Positions 17,541 to 28,485 are shown, numbered from the stretch's first letter. The stretch: DNA of 51,624 nt from Klebsiella pneumoniae (GCA_945861225.1 CAMATU010000003.1:1-51624), one strand, 5' to 3'. Made by a program: numbers and translations. The notes: generated by a model from the sequence alone, not told the origin.

Positions 17541-17746
17541 CGTTCGGTTCCTTTTTTAAGTCAGAAAATGGCTGGAATTCAGAGAATAGGATAAGTACAT
17601 GCGGTCGTTCCGGATGTTCGAATGTTTACTGATCCCGATCAGTTATCAGCGTTTCCCGAAATGGGAGAAAATTTTGGACGTAACGGCGGATGGTGTCGGT
17701 GCGTTATCGCACGCACAGACGAGCAGTGAAAGTTCTTGCGCTTGGT

Positions 17747-20119
17747 TCACATCTTGACGCGATTAAGCCGCAACGCATTAGTGATCACGGACACGGAGCT
17801 CAGCGCCATGGCGGCGCCGGCAAAAATCGGCGACAGCAGCCAACCGAAAGCGGGATAAAGCACGCCCGCCGCCAACGGGATCCCCAGCGCGTTGTAACCA
17901 AATGCGAACGCGAGATTCTGCCGGATATTGCGCATCGTCGCGCGTGACAGCACGGCGGCTCGCGCAATGCCGCGCAAGTCGCCCTTGACTAAGGTCACAC
18001 TGGCGCTTTCCATCGCGACATCAGTACCGGTGCCCATGGCGATGCCGACGTCGGCTTGCGCCAACGCTGGGGCATCGTTGATGCCGTCGCCCGCCATCGC
18101 GACCTTGCGGCCTTCCGTCTGCAAGCGTTTTATATGCCCCGCCTTGTCCTCCGGCAGCACTTCTGCCAGCACTTCCTGTATCCCGAGTTGTCGCGCAACG
18201 ACTTCAGCGGTGCTGCGCGAATCACCGGTGAGCATCACCATGCGCACGCCGGTCTGTTTGAGCGCCGCGATGGCCTCTGCCGTACTCTCCTTGATGGGAT
18301 CGGCCACCGCTGCGATGCCAGTGGCAGTGCCATTGACTGCGAAAAACACCACGGTTTTGGCTTGTGCACGCCACGCTTCTGCGCGCGCTTCGAAGGGTTG
18401 CGTAGCGACCCCGCGTTGGGCGAGAAAGCCGGGGCTTCCTACGAGCACACGCCTACCACCAACCTCTGCTTCCACGCCCAAGCCGTTGACCGCGTCGAAG
18501 GCGCCAGCTGACTGCAACGTCACGCCGCGCGCCTTGGCACCTTCGACGAGCGCAATCCCGATCGGGTGCTCGGAAAGCTGTTCTACGGCTGCGACCAGCG
18601 CGAGCGCTTCATTTTCCGGCATGCCTTCGGCGACGAAATCCGTCAGCGCGGGATGACCCAAGGTTAGGGTTCCTGTCTTGTCCACCACTACCGTGTCGAT
18701 ATCCCGCATGCGCTCAATCGCCTCGGCATTCCGAAACAGGATGCCGGCGCGCGCGCCCTGCCCCATCGCGACCGTCATCGAGATAGGCGTCGCGAGACCG
18801 ACGGCACAGGGGCAGGCAATGATCAACACGGCAATGGCATTCAGGAACGCGTAGGTAAACCTAGGTTCCGGGCCAAAAATCCCCCACGCGAGTGCAGTGA
18901 GGATGGCGATGGCCACCACACTCTGCACGAAGTACGCCGCAATGATGTCGGCGAGCCGTTGGATCGGTGCGCGCGTGCGCTGTGCCTCGCCCACCATCTT
19001 GACGATCCGTGCCAGCAGCGTATCCGCTCCCACGCGCTCGGCGCGAATGATCAATGACCCATTGCCATTGACGGTGGCGCCGGTCACCTTGCCGCCCGTG
19101 GCCTTCGCCACTGGCACGGGTTCGCCCGTGATCATCGACTCATCGACTCTGCTGCTGCCTTCGAGCACCAACCCATCCACTGGAATCTTCTCGCCCGGCT
19201 TCACCCGCAACCGATTGCCGACAGTGACCGTCTCCAGCGGCACCTGTTCCTCGCTACCGTCGTCACGCAAACGCCACGCGAGGTTCGGCGCGAGCTTCAG
19301 CAATTGTTGAATCGCCTGACTGGTCTGTCCCAGCGCCCGCAGCTGCAGGAAGTCCCCGAGAGTCACCAGGGTCACGATCACCGCCGCTGCCTCGAAATAC
19401 GTGCCTACCGCGCCGTGCGCGCGGAACTCCAACGGAAACCAACCAGGCACGAGCACCGCAGCGAGGCTAAACCCATAGGCAAGTCCCACCCCGAGGCCGA
19501 TTAGCGTGTACATGTTGAGCGCGCGGTGCACGAGCGAGAACCAGAATTTGCGGAGCATCGGCCAGCCAACCCACAGCACTACCGGTGTGCCCAGCAAAAA
19601 TTCGAGCCAGCCGCGCGACCGTGGTTGCAGGCCGAATAACTCATGAAACCCAAGCATCGGCGACATCGCCAGCACCACGAGCGGGATCGATAGCGCGACG
19701 CCGACCCACAACCGTCGCGCGAGATCGCGCAACTCGGAATCGTCGACTTGGCCGGCGCCGGTGCCGGCGATCGCCACGAGCGCCATGCCGCAGATCGGGC
19801 AATCGCCTGATACATTGCGCACGATTTCTGGATGCATCGGACAGGTATAGACAGTTCCCACCGGTAACGCGCCCGCGCCGACAGGTTGGCCAGGGACGCT
19901 AGCCGGCGACACCTGCGCTGTTTGCAGATCGGGATGCCCGTGCCCAGGCGGCTTGGAGTTAACCACCGGCGACGTGCCAGGGTAGGCGGCCGGCTTCGCC
20001 TCGAATTTCTGTTTGCAACCAATCGAGCAAAAAAAATAATTGCGCCCCGCGAATACACTGGTACCTGCCGCGGTTCGTTCGTCGACCTGCATGCCACACA
20101 CCGGATCAGTTGCCATCAT
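17747..20119 (-). CDS. copA: Cu(I)/Ag(I)-translocating P1B-type ATPase with YHS and heavy-metal-binding N-terminal domains
   Basis: DPVCGM (YHS), [39 protein letters not shown] and MALSS. Confidence 0.95.
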   Translation of the reverse strand: MMATDPVCGMQVDERTAAGTSVFAGRNYFFCSIGCKQKFEAKPAAYPGTSPVVNSKPPGHGHPDLQTAQVSPASVPGQPVGAGALPVGTVYTCPMHPEIVRNVSGDCPICGMALVAIAGTGAGQVDDSELRDLARRLWVGVALSIPLVVLAMSPMLGFHELFGLQPRSRGWLEFLLGTPVVLWVGWPMLRKFWFSLVHRALNMYTLIGLGVGLAYGFSLAAVLVPGWFPLEFRAHGAVGTYFEAAAVIVTLVTLGDFLQLRALGQTSQAIQQLLKLAPNLAWRLRDDGSEEQVPLETVTVGNRLRVKPGEKIPVDGLVLEGSSRVDESMITGEPVPVAKATGGKVTGATVNGNGSLIIRAERVGADTLLARIVKMVGEAQRTRAPIQRLADIIAAYFVQSVVAIAILTALAWGIFGPEPRFTYAFLNAIAVLIIACPCAVGLATPISMTVAMGQGARAGILFRNAEAIERMRDIDTVVVDKTGTLTLGHPALTDFVAEGMPENEALALVAAVEQLSEHPIGIALVEGAKARGVTLQSAGAFDAVNGLGVEAEVGGRRVLVGSPGFLAQRGVATQPFEARAEAWRAQAKTVVFFAVNGTATGIAAVADPIKESTAEAIAALKQTGVRMVMLTGDSRSTAEVVARQLGIQEVLAEVLPEDKAGHIKRLQTEGRKVAMAGDGINDAPALAQADVGIAMGTGTDVAMESASVTLVKGDLRGIARAAVLSRATMRNIRQNLAFAFGYNALGIPLAAGVLYPAFGWLLSPIFAGAAMALSSVSVITNALRLNRVKM

Positions 20120-20230
20120 TCGACCTCGATTTCTTTAGGGTTTCACTTGCGGTGTGTCGGGCACGAAAATAATTCTGCGAATCGTGACGTGATGGTAATC
20201 CAGGTGCGCAAGAAAATTTTGCATCCTTGT

Positions 20231-20797
20231 TCATGACCGCCGGTGTCGCGTTGATTCACGTATGGGGTCTGCTGGTTGCGCCCAGAATATTCTGCTCAAG
20301 ACTGGTAGAAGCGTGCTGTAAGCCACCACTAACATCGGTGGAATGATCAGCCACTGCAGCAGGGGGGAAAGACCAATCCCGTAAATGGTTGGCATGTCCG
20401 GCGTATAGCTCCAGGCGCCCGTGCGATAGACGTTGTACCACTCACTCCAAATGGTAATCGCCAGCGCGCTGATCACCGCAATTATGCCACCGGTCCGCGG
20501 CCGCGACATTGGCCAATCCACGCGCCAGAGCGCGATACCAGCCAGTGCGAACATCGCGAGCGCAATCACTACGTCACCCAGGGAGCAATGAACCACCGCT
20601 CGCGTGATACGCAGACTGTCAGCGTCCCTCCCTATCGTGTACAGCCCGACATGGCTGAATTCCCAAGTCAGATTCAGCACGAAGGCGAGCGCCGACCAGA
20701 GCCCCATGCGCAGCACATTGCTGGGTGTGCTCCCGCAACGTAAGGCGTAGGGGTTGCCGCCGCTCTGCGCGGGAATTCGCGCTGCGCTCATCTGCAA
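20231..20797 (-). CDS. Hypothetical membrane protein of heavy-metal clusters (start uncertain, possibly ~20707)
   Basis: About four hydrophobic segments, with LNLTWE..H.GLY, HCSLGD and WSYTPDMP.IYGIGLSPLLQW motifs. Confidence 0.6.
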   Translation of the reverse strand: MQMSAARIPAQSGGNPYALRCGSTPSNVLRMGLWSALAFVLNLTWEFSHVGLYTIGRDADSLRITRAVVHCSLGDVVIALAMFALAGIALWRVDWPMSRPRTGGIIAVISALAITIWSEWYNVYRTGAWSYTPDMPTIYGIGLSPLLQWLIIPPMLVVAYSTLLPVLSRIFWAQPADPIRESTRHRRS

Positions 20798-20965
20798 TCA
20801 CGCCACGGGATAGCGAGAATCGGGCGAGACTTTTTGCATTGATCACGAGCGTAAGGCGTTGAAGGGCAGCCGTTGCGATCCGGCAAGTAGTTCGCTGACG
20901 TGATCTGATGAATTTCCAAGTTGCCGTTTGAACGAAGGAAGTAAAAGGGACGCATAAATTCGCCT

Positions 20966-21508
20966 TCAAGTGGTGACGACCAATGCGACAGCCTGACAAG
21001 ACTGGTGGTGCTCCAGCACCACGGGGGCGTCCGGTAATTCATTCTGGCGAGTACTGATAGCGGGAAAATTTCCGATCAAGTGCCGCGTGACTGCCTGAAT
21101 GCCGCTGACCACGCCACCTTCGTAGTCCCTGTGCTTAAACGCGGTTTCCATTGTGCGGCATATCTTCTCCCATTCTGCCAAGCCCACTTTTGCATGAATG
21201 CTGCGATCGGCAACAATCTCAACGTCGCGGTCGGCGAGTAACAGATAAATCAGCACGCCGTTATTGTGTTCGGTATCCCATATCCGCAATTGTGAAAATA
21301 TCTCGATAGCGCGTTCGCGTGCAGACTGACCTTTGAAAAGCAGTGTGCTGGGTAATGCACCTTCCACCGCGAAGCGGATCTCTCCGACGTGTGCGGTCTC
21401 GCTTGCCTTGATCGCTTGCTCAATCGCGCTCAACGTGGCGTGGGGGAATGCCCGGTTGACCTGCCAGTGGGTTGTCACAAGATGGCTCAAAATGCGCTTG
21501 ATTTCCAT
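20966..21508 (-). CDS. TPM-domain protein (short type)
   Basis: AIKASETAHVGEIRFAVE and LRIWDTEHNNGVLIYLLLADRDVEIVADR. Start MEIKRIL at 21508. Confidence 0.88.
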   Translation of the reverse strand: MEIKRILSHLVTTHWQVNRAFPHATLSAIEQAIKASETAHVGEIRFAVEGALPSTLLFKGQSARERAIEIFSQLRIWDTEHNNGVLIYLLLADRDVEIVADRSIHAKVGLAEWEKICRTMETAFKHRDYEGGVVSGIQAVTRHLIGNFPAISTRQNELPDAPVVLEHHQSCQAVALVVTT

Positions 21509-21510
21509 GG

Positions 21511-22362
21511 TTACCAGCGACCGGACGCGCCGCCACCACCGAAACCACCACCTCCGCCACCGAAGCCACCGCCACCATAACCTCCGGTGCCAAATCCTCC
21601 ACCATGCCGTCCAAGCCCCATGCCGCCCAGGCCACCGCCAAGCAACGTGAACAGCAGCGCGGCCATACCCGCGACCAACGCGATAGATATCGCGCCGGCC
21701 AATAACCAAGCGACCCCGGCCACCGTACCACCCGTCGCGAGTGCCCCGGGAAATCTGCCCAACGCGGCACGCAGCACCCCACCGACCACAAGTGCAAGAA
21801 TAAACAGCACGGGAACATACTGCTGAAACTCTGCAGCGCCGCCGGCGCGTGCTTGGGTGGGTGCCGGCAACGGCTCACCCTCCACAACGCGGATGATCTG
21901 ATCGATCCCAGCCGTAATGCCGCCGTAGAAATCTCCTTGCTTGAAGCGCGGCGTCATAATCTCGCTGATAATGCGCTTGCTGGTGGCGTCATTCAGCGCG
22001 CCTTCTAAGCCGTATCCCACTTCAATGCGCAGCGCGCGGTCAGTCTTGGCGATGATCAGGAGCGCACCATCATCTATTTTGTTGCGGCCTAACTTCCATT
22101 GCTCTGCCACGCGTAAAGCATATTGCTCGATCGTTTCCGGCGCCGTGGTGGGCACTATGAGGACTGCGAGCTGACTGCCTTTATTGGTCTCAAACGCTTG
22201 TAGGGTCTGCTCCAAAACCGCTTTCTGCTCGGTGCTGAGCGTGCTGGTCTGGTCAGTGATGCGTCCGGCCAAGGGCGGGATCGCGATTTGTGCGCCAGCG
22301 ATGAACGACCAGCAAAAGATTATTGCGAGCAATGACCTCCCGGTCGTTTTCATCGCGATCAC
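21511..22362 (-). CDS. TPM-domain (YgcG-type) membrane protein with Gly-rich tail
   Basis: IEQYALRVAEQWKLG, LRIEVGYGLEG and C-terminal GGGGGFGGGGASGRW. Confidence 0.9.
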   Translation of the reverse strand: MIAMKTTGRSLLAIIFCWSFIAGAQIAIPPLAGRITDQTSTLSTEQKAVLEQTLQAFETNKGSQLAVLIVPTTAPETIEQYALRVAEQWKLGRNKIDDGALLIIAKTDRALRIEVGYGLEGALNDATSKRIISEIMTPRFKQGDFYGGITAGIDQIIRVVEGEPLPAPTQARAGGAAEFQQYVPVLFILALVVGGVLRAALGRFPGALATGGTVAGVAWLLAGAISIALVAGMAALLFTLLGGGLGGMGLGRHGGGFGTGGYGGGGFGGGGGGFGGGGASGRW

Positions 22363-22991
22363 TTGGCGACTCCTTGAGCCTCACTTTCGAGTTTGGAATC
22401 TGCCGGTCCGAAATCTACGGTGGGCGGCTTAGAGACTGCACTTTCGTTTTCTACCGCGAAGTTGGGCTTCGCTTGGTATCCGAATACTTTTGCCGTGAGA
22501 TTGGAGGGAAACGAGCGTACCGTCACGTTGTATTCCTGTACCGACTTGATATAGCGGTTGCGCGCGACCGTAATACGGTTTTCGGTGCCCTCCAGCTGGG
22601 CCTGCAGATCGCGGAAATTGGCGTCTGATTTCAACTGTGGATAGTTCTCCGACACTACCAGCAACCTGGACAGCGCGCCCGATAGCTCACCCTGGGCGGC
22701 CTGAAACGCGGCAAACGCTTCCGGATTATTGAGGACTTCCGGCGTCGCTCGAAGGCCGCCGACTTTGGCGCGGGCATTCGTAACCCCGAGTAACACGGCT
22801 TTTTCCTGTGCCGCAAAACCCTTCACCGTATTCACCAAATTGGGCACCAGATCCGCGCGACGCTGGTACTGGTTCACGACCTCAGACCAGCTCGCTTTAA
22901 TTTGTTCGTCGTTACTTTGTAAGGTGTTGTAGCCACAGCCGGCCACGCTTAGCGTCACCAGCACAGTGAGAACCGACCATAATTTACGCAC
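22359..22991 (-). CDS. lemA: LemA family lipoprotein
   Basis: VAGCGYN lipobox, YQRRADLVPNLV and ENYPQLKS...LEGTENRI. Confidence 0.95.
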   Translation of the reverse strand: MRKLWSVLTVLVTLSVAGCGYNTLQSNDEQIKASWSEVVNQYQRRADLVPNLVNTVKGFAAQEKAVLLGVTNARAKVGGLRATPEVLNNPEAFAAFQAAQGELSGALSRLLVVSENYPQLKSDANFRDLQAQLEGTENRITVARNRYIKSVQEYNVTVRSFPSNLTAKVFGYQAKPNFAVENESAVSKPPTVDFGPADSKLESEAQGVAK

Positions 22992-23350
22992 TGGATTACT
23001 CCGGGAAGCTAAACGTAACGCTGATATAAAAAGGACGGCCGAATTGCAGAGATTGATGAAATTTTCTGTCGTTCAACCAGGGGCATTTCATAGTCGTGAA
23101 TATTTGGTTAGGACCACGAAGGCGCAGGAGTGTGTGAGCAGCATGGCCAACCACTCCGAGAACGGATTCTTCCGCATCTCATGATGTGTAACATCATCAC
23201 GCTTTCCCGAGACGGGTTCTGTTCGTTCGCGAACACAACCGGGAACCGCGCCGCAATTGTCGCGGGAAGACACCAAGACTGACTAACCCGCGTGTCGTGC
23301 CCCTTTGCTCGGGCAAGCTGGCCTGCTAGCGCCCTGCACGCGGCGTTAAT

Positions 23351-23861
23351 TCACGAGCTGCCGGGTAGGTGGGGCCGAGTATGCGCATTGCGCCCTAGGA
23401 AACGCGGTACAAATCGCGGCGTGAGGCCGGCCCAGCGCCGATAATCGTCGCCAAATTCGGCCTCTGCCTGCCGCTCTTCGGCCACGGCCAGGCGTACGTA
23501 CATGAAGGTAAGGACAGGAAACATTGCGAGCGTCAGCAGCGTTGGCCACTGCAATAGAAATCCAAACATGATCAAGATAAACCCCACGTACTGGGGATGT
23601 CGCACCCAGGCGTAGAGGCCAGTACGGGCGAACTGATGCCTGCGCTGTGCTTGCCATAACGTCTGCCAGGCATAGGAAAGAATCAGCAAGCCACCCAGAA
23701 TGAATACGTTGCCCAGGATATGGAATATATCGAAATGAGAATTTCCTTTGCTGCGCAACAGGGTGTGTAACGGGTGGCCACTGCCATGCGACGAGCGACC
23801 CTCGTGACAAGAACCAATGGCTCTTGGTGTCCAGCGGCGAACTGTCGACTGCGTTGTTCAT
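23351..23861 (-). pseudogene. Collapsed small-membrane-protein (DUF2933-like) start fused to the 3' part of an isoprenylcysteine/phospholipid methyltransferase-family gene
   Basis: 3' part FHILGNVFILGG...TGLYAWVRHPQYVGF...QWPTLLTL...EER is ICMT/PEMT-like and lacks its N-terminus. The ATG at 23861 gives only a short MNNAVD...WFLSRGSLVA stretch. Confidence 0.6.
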
Positions 23862-24238
23862 TGCGGCGCCTTTTCAGCCAATTGTCGATGAGATTTCGAC
23901 ATTTCACGGATTTCCGTTGCGGCGGCTTCGTAAATTTTGATGAACTTGGCGCAATGTGCGCGCATGCGAGTGCTGAACGCTCTTAGATGGCCACTATGCT
24001 GATACGCCTTCGACATCCTTCGATGCTGGGCGACCTTCGCCTCGAAGTCGCTCGCCTCAGTTTCGAAATACGCAGCAATTTTTTCATGATCTGCCTTAGT
24101 TGATGCCGCTTCGATCGCGGTCGCGACATCAGAATCCGGCTCCGTCGCTTGCGCAGATCCTGCGTGGAGCGCCGGTAACGCAAAGACCATGAATTGAAGT
24201 GTAGTAATAGCGCAAAGTGCGCGCAGGATTTTAGTCAT
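23858..24238 (-). CDS. Secreted small helical protein with conserved His/Cys, probable metal binder
   Basis: Signal peptide, then TKADHEKIAAYF, QHRRM, AHC and SHRQLA. Lies in the copper operon. Confidence 0.65.
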   Translation of the reverse strand: MTKILRALCAITTLQFMVFALPALHAGSAQATEPDSDVATAIEAASTKADHEKIAAYFETEASDFEAKVAQHRRMSKAYQHSGHLRAFSTRMRAHCAKFIKIYEAAATEIREMSKSHRQLAEKAPQ

Positions 24239-24327
24239 GTCGCTATCCCCAATGAGTTGATCGAAATCAATTCCTGCAAGGGTTTTTCGTCAATGATGTC
24301 TGCACTGAGAAAGTAAATTTTCAGTTA

Positions 24328-24966
24328 TCAATGACTGGGCGGCGTTGCCTCAGTGGGGGATTCTTGGGCGGCGTCGTGATCTCGATGCGCATGCTCGTGC
24401 TCGTGCTCGTCGCCGTCCGCCTCATGCGCGGCAGCATCATGAGGCGCGTGGTTGTCACTCGCGTCGGTGAGTTGTTGGTAGCGTGCCGGCGAGAGCTCAG
24501 GTAATTGGCGCACGAAGGCGACCAATCCCCAAATTGCCTGATCGGTGTGGCTGGTGCCCCACGCCGGCATTGCCGTCATCTTGATGCCGTGCTTAATCAC
24601 CCAGAATGCCTCGGCTGCATCGGCGCGCGCGTGTTCGGAAAAATTGGGGGGTTGCGGATAGAGACCCGCGCGAAGCTCCGTATTCGACTTCCCGGGTGCG
24701 AGGTGGCAACCGCTGCACATCGCGGCGTAATGTTCCGCGCCCTCCGCGAGCAAGGCGGGATCATCCAACGGGGGCACTGTGATGCCTTTGGCATGTGCGG
24801 TGATTGCGCGTTCCCGAAACATTTCCATCAAGGTGAATACCGGTCGCGAATGCGGCGCATCGGCACCGATGTCGTAGACACCGGAATACAAAAAAAGGCC
24901 CGCGCCTAGCAGGCTGGCGAGCAACACCAAGGCACTAGTTTTCAAGAGATTCATAAAGGTCTCCAA
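24328..24966 (-). CDS. Membrane-anchored c-type cytochrome with His/acidic tail
   Basis: CSGCH heme motif, LYPQPP, FWVIKHGIKMTAMPAW and HEHEHAH tail. Confidence 0.88.
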   Translation of the reverse strand: METFMNLLKTSALVLLASLLGAGLFLYSGVYDIGADAPHSRPVFTLMEMFRERAITAHAKGITVPPLDDPALLAEGAEHYAAMCSGCHLAPGKSNTELRAGLYPQPPNFSEHARADAAEAFWVIKHGIKMTAMPAWGTSHTDQAIWGLVAFVRQLPELSPARYQQLTDASDNHAPHDAAAHEADGDEHEHEHAHRDHDAAQESPTEATPPSH

Positions 24967-24981
24967 TTTTTGCTGAATGAA

Positions 24982-26359
24982 TTATTCCGAGTGATGGCCG
25001 TGTGACATGCCCGGCATCGCGGGCATGTCAGGCAACGGCGCCGTCGTTGCTGCGGTCGCGCGTCGCACCGGCGCACCGAAGTTAGGATCCTTGCTCACAC
25101 AGCGCGCCACGGTGCCTGGTGGATTCGCATACCAGCCCGGATCGCGGAAGTCATTTCGTGCGAGATCGTCGCGAACTTTGAGGACGGTGAACATGCCGCC
25201 CATTTCGATCGCACCAAAGGGGCCGTCGCCCGTCATCATCGGTAATGTGTTCGGCGGACCCTCCAGCATTCCCATCGCCTGATGCCCGCTATGCTCCGAC
25301 ATACCGTTTCGTCCCATCGCCATATAACCGGGGAGCATCGCGCGGATGTCCTTCTCCACCCCGGATTGGTCGACGCCAATCACATTAGGAATGCCATGCC
25401 CCATCGCATTCATCGTGTGATGTGATTTATGGCAATGAAACGCCCAGTCGCCGGGGATCGCGACGAACTCGATGTCACGCATCTGTCCGACGCCTATGAG
25501 TTCGGTCACCTCACGCCGCCATTGGGTTTCCGGCCAACGCCCGCCATCGCCGCCCGTCACCTGAAACTGCACCCCATGCAGGTGCATCGGGTGTTCATGC
25601 ATCGACAGGTTGCCGATGCGGATACGCACTCTTTCGCCGGTGCGCGCGACGAACGGCGCGATCGCCGGGAAGACTTTGCTGTTCATGGTCCACAGATCGA
25701 ATTCGGTCATGATCGAGGGATCGGGTCGGTAGGTGCCCGGATGCAGCGCCCAGTTATGGAGTAGAAAGCAGTAGTCGCGATCAATCGGACGCGGCTCGCC
25801 CGCGCGCGGATGAATGATGAACATCCCCATCATGCCAACCGCCATCTGCACCATCTCGTCGGCATGCGGGTGATACATGTGCGTGCCGTGCTGCTTCAAC
25901 GTGAATTCATAGACAAACGTTTCTCCGGGTTGAATAGGCGGTTGCGACAAGCCGCTGACGCCGTCCATACCACTCGGCAAATACAACCCATGCCAGTGCA
26001 GAGAAGTCGGTTCACCGAGGCCGTTGGTGAGGTAGATCCGCACGCGATCGCCTTCTACCGCTTCGAGGGTCGGCCCAGGCGTGCTGCCGTTATAGCCCCA
26101 GCATTTGGCCTTACAGCCGGGCGCAAACTCATGTTCGATCTCCTCTGCGACCAGATGAAATTCTTTCGCGCCGTCGCGCCACTTCGCCGGTAAGGTCCAG
26201 CCATTGAGGGTATGTACCGGCACAAATCCTGTGCGTACCTTGGCTTGAGCTGGCAAGCTCTGGGGGGGGCGTCGCAGCCGCGGCGGATCGATTCAGGCCA
26301 AGCGCACTCCCGAGACCGCCCAGTGCGCTCAAAGACAATAGGGTTCGGCGAGAAATCAT
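24982..26359 (-). CDS. Tat-exported multicopper oxidase, frame broken at a C8 tract (26262-26269)
   Basis: SRRTLL Tat signal at 26359. HWHG, MYHPH, HPMHLHG and HCHKSHH copper motifs lie in the other frame. Removing one C joins them. Confidence 0.88.
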
Positions 26360-27840
26360 GGGAGGTCTCCGTGCTGATGATGGGGGTCCGCGGCTGCGTC
26401 GGTGGGCGTAACCGCTGGCGGCGGGTGCGGCGTTTCTGCGGTGGTTGCACCGCTCGGCGTGTGGTCATTTCCGGCGGAGACTGCTGCGACAGCGGGCAAT
26501 CTGGTGCCAACCTCGCGGGTAAGTGCTGTCCGTGCGACCCAGTAGTCGCGCAGCGCTTCCAGATAGGCTTGATAAGCGTCGTACTCCTGTTGCTTGACGA
26601 GCAGTAGCGTGAACTGACCTTCCAGCATGAAACTCACTTCCTGCTGGGTGCGTCTGACGACCTCCTCGCGCTGGGGGATCAAACGGGTACGAAGCAGCTC
26701 GGCACGCTCACGCGCTGCGGCGACCCTCGTCGCGGCAAGCATCACTGCATTCGCCACCTTGAGTTCCAGCGCGTGCAGCGCACTCTCGGCCTGCTCGACC
26801 AGTGCCTCAGCCCGCGCGACTTTGCCCGCGCCCTGATTGAAGATCGGCAATTCCAGCGACAACGTTGGCCCGGTGATCCGTGATCGATCGGTTTCGCGCT
26901 CGGTTTCCACGCCGACTTCGATTGCGCCGACATAGCGATAGCGCCGGGTCGTTCGCAAACTGTCGGTGAGCAAAGCCACTTCCTGTTGCAGCGCTGCGAG
27001 ATCGTGGCGTGACTGCGTCGCGAGGATCAGCAACTCGGGGATGGCGGGTTCCCTCTCAAGCGGCAGCGGGAGTGTGTCGCCAGTTTGCCAGGCGGTTACG
27101 TTCGTCCCCAACCCCAGCAATTCGTTCAACGTGAGGCGTGCCGCGTTGCTTTCACTACGGGCTTGTAGCGCACTGAGTTGTGCGGTACTCGCGGCGGCCT
27201 GTGTCTGGGCCAACTCCCGTGCGCTAATGTTGCCCGCCGCGAAGAAGCGCTGCGCCAGATCTGCCGCCGCGTGGGCGGCGCGCGCAATTTTTCGGCGCAT
27301 CACCGTCACCTGTTGCGCACCCACCAAGTTGAAATAGGCCGTTTCAACCTCCGCCACGAGATCAAGAATCGCCTGACCGGCTTGTTGTTTGGCGCGTTCG
27401 AATTCGCCCTTCGCGAGTCGGCTGCGCATGGGCAGCAAGAGGAGATCGGTGAAGCTTTGGGCCAGTCCGAAAGACACTTGGTCCGCCGCACCGGTCGCGC
27501 TCGAATTGAGGCTCGCGGCGGAAAAGCGTGGATTTGTGAGGCGCCCAGCGTCATAAACTTCCGCACTGGCCACGCCTAGTCGCGCGTATTCGGTGCGCAT
27601 CCGCGGATTGTTCAGCAGGGCAATTTGCACGACGTCGTTGGCTGTCAGCGGTGCCTTTAACTTCTCAGTCACTAATGCGCTTGTATTGGCATCGGCGGCC
27701 GTGAACTGGTAGCCGCCGCGCGCAGCTATCAGCGCCTGCACGTCAGCAATGCCGCGCTCGGCGGGCAGTGCAGCGCAGCCGGCGAGCGTTATTGCGAACA
27801 GCGGGATAACGCAACGATATAACCCTCTCTCGATAGGCAT
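26356..27840 (-). CDS. TolC-family outer-membrane factor lipoprotein (copper-oxidase-associated)
   Basis: LAGC lipobox, ALLNNP, LELPIFNQG and His tail. The stop overlaps the MCO start. Confidence 0.88.
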   Translation of the reverse strand: MPIERGLYRCVIPLFAITLAGCAALPAERGIADVQALIAARGGYQFTAADANTSALVTEKLKAPLTANDVVQIALLNNPRMRTEYARLGVASAEVYDAGRLTNPRFSAASLNSSATGAADQVSFGLAQSFTDLLLLPMRSRLAKGEFERAKQQAGQAILDLVAEVETAYFNLVGAQQVTVMRRKIARAAHAAADLAQRFFAAGNISARELAQTQAAASTAQLSALQARSESNAARLTLNELLGLGTNVTAWQTGDTLPLPLEREPAIPELLILATQSRHDLAALQQEVALLTDSLRTTRRYRYVGAIEVGVETERETDRSRITGPTLSLELPIFNQGAGKVARAEALVEQAESALHALELKVANAVMLAATRVAAARERAELLRTRLIPQREEVVRRTQQEVSFMLEGQFTLLLVKQQEYDAYQAYLEALRDYWVARTALTREVGTRLPAVAAVSAGNDHTPSGATTAETPHPPPAVTPTDAAADPHHQHGDLP

Positions 27841-27998
27841 GAGGTTCTCCCAACAGAATTGTGATCACGGGAACGAGGGAACTGATGATCGCAAGTAGGA
27901 AGCCGGGGGAACCCAACGCGCACCGTTCCACCGCAGTCAATGCAATGGAGTAGCCGAATTTCTTCAGGTTCGCCCGCGACGTGCGCGGACTGCGACGA

Positions 27999-28421
27999 TC
28001 AGGAGATGGTGAGGATGGGAGGTCGGTAAGGTGTGCTGAGACGTGCCTCCGGTAAGCGCAATTGCGCGACCGTAGCAAGGTCCGAGATGGGGATGCGATC
28101 AAAGCCGAAGGAGATCTGCGAAGGAAGTCCGAGCGCTGCCGCGCAAGCCAGTGCACACAATCCTATGCACGGGCAATTACATTGGCAGTCTGAACCATCG
28201 CCCGACGCCCCATCAACGTGGCTGGTTCCCGCACCGTGCGCTTGATGATGACTGGCGTGAGGAGAGTCTGCGATTAAAGATTGAGAATCGTGATGGTGCG
28301 GAGCGGCACCCGTCGATAAATCGGAATGTTTGTGACACTCGCCCATGCCGACACTCGCGAACCCGGAAACCGGTAGCGCGAACATGAGAAGCACGCTGAT
28401 GAGGACGCGTATTCGATTCAC
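27999..28421 (-). CDS. Secreted His/Cys-rich leader protein (CopL/CutF/CruR-like)
   Basis: Signal peptide, His-rich linker, CQCNCPC..LC..AC cluster and C-terminal PYRPP. First gene of the TolC-MCO operon. Confidence 0.65.
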   Translation of the reverse strand: MNRIRVLISVLLMFALPVSGFASVGMGECHKHSDLSTGAAPHHHDSQSLIADSPHASHHQAHGAGTSHVDGASGDGSDCQCNCPCIGLCALACAAALGLPSQISFGFDRIPISDLATVAQLRLPEARLSTPYRPPILTIS

Positions 28422-28485
28422 ACTCTTTATCTAACCTGGATTCGATTACAGCGCAAGTCCTGCAAGTGGCTAAAGACCATGGCGT

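Noticed and set aside
17010-17594. 194 aa His-rich plus-strand ORF
   Set aside because: Mostly the antisense shadow of the Met-rich gene (ATG reads as CAT). Only its first ~18 codons belong to the DMT His tail.
21511-21620. Tandem GGC/GGT repeats
   Set aside because: They encode the normal Gly-rich tail of TPM/YgcG proteins.
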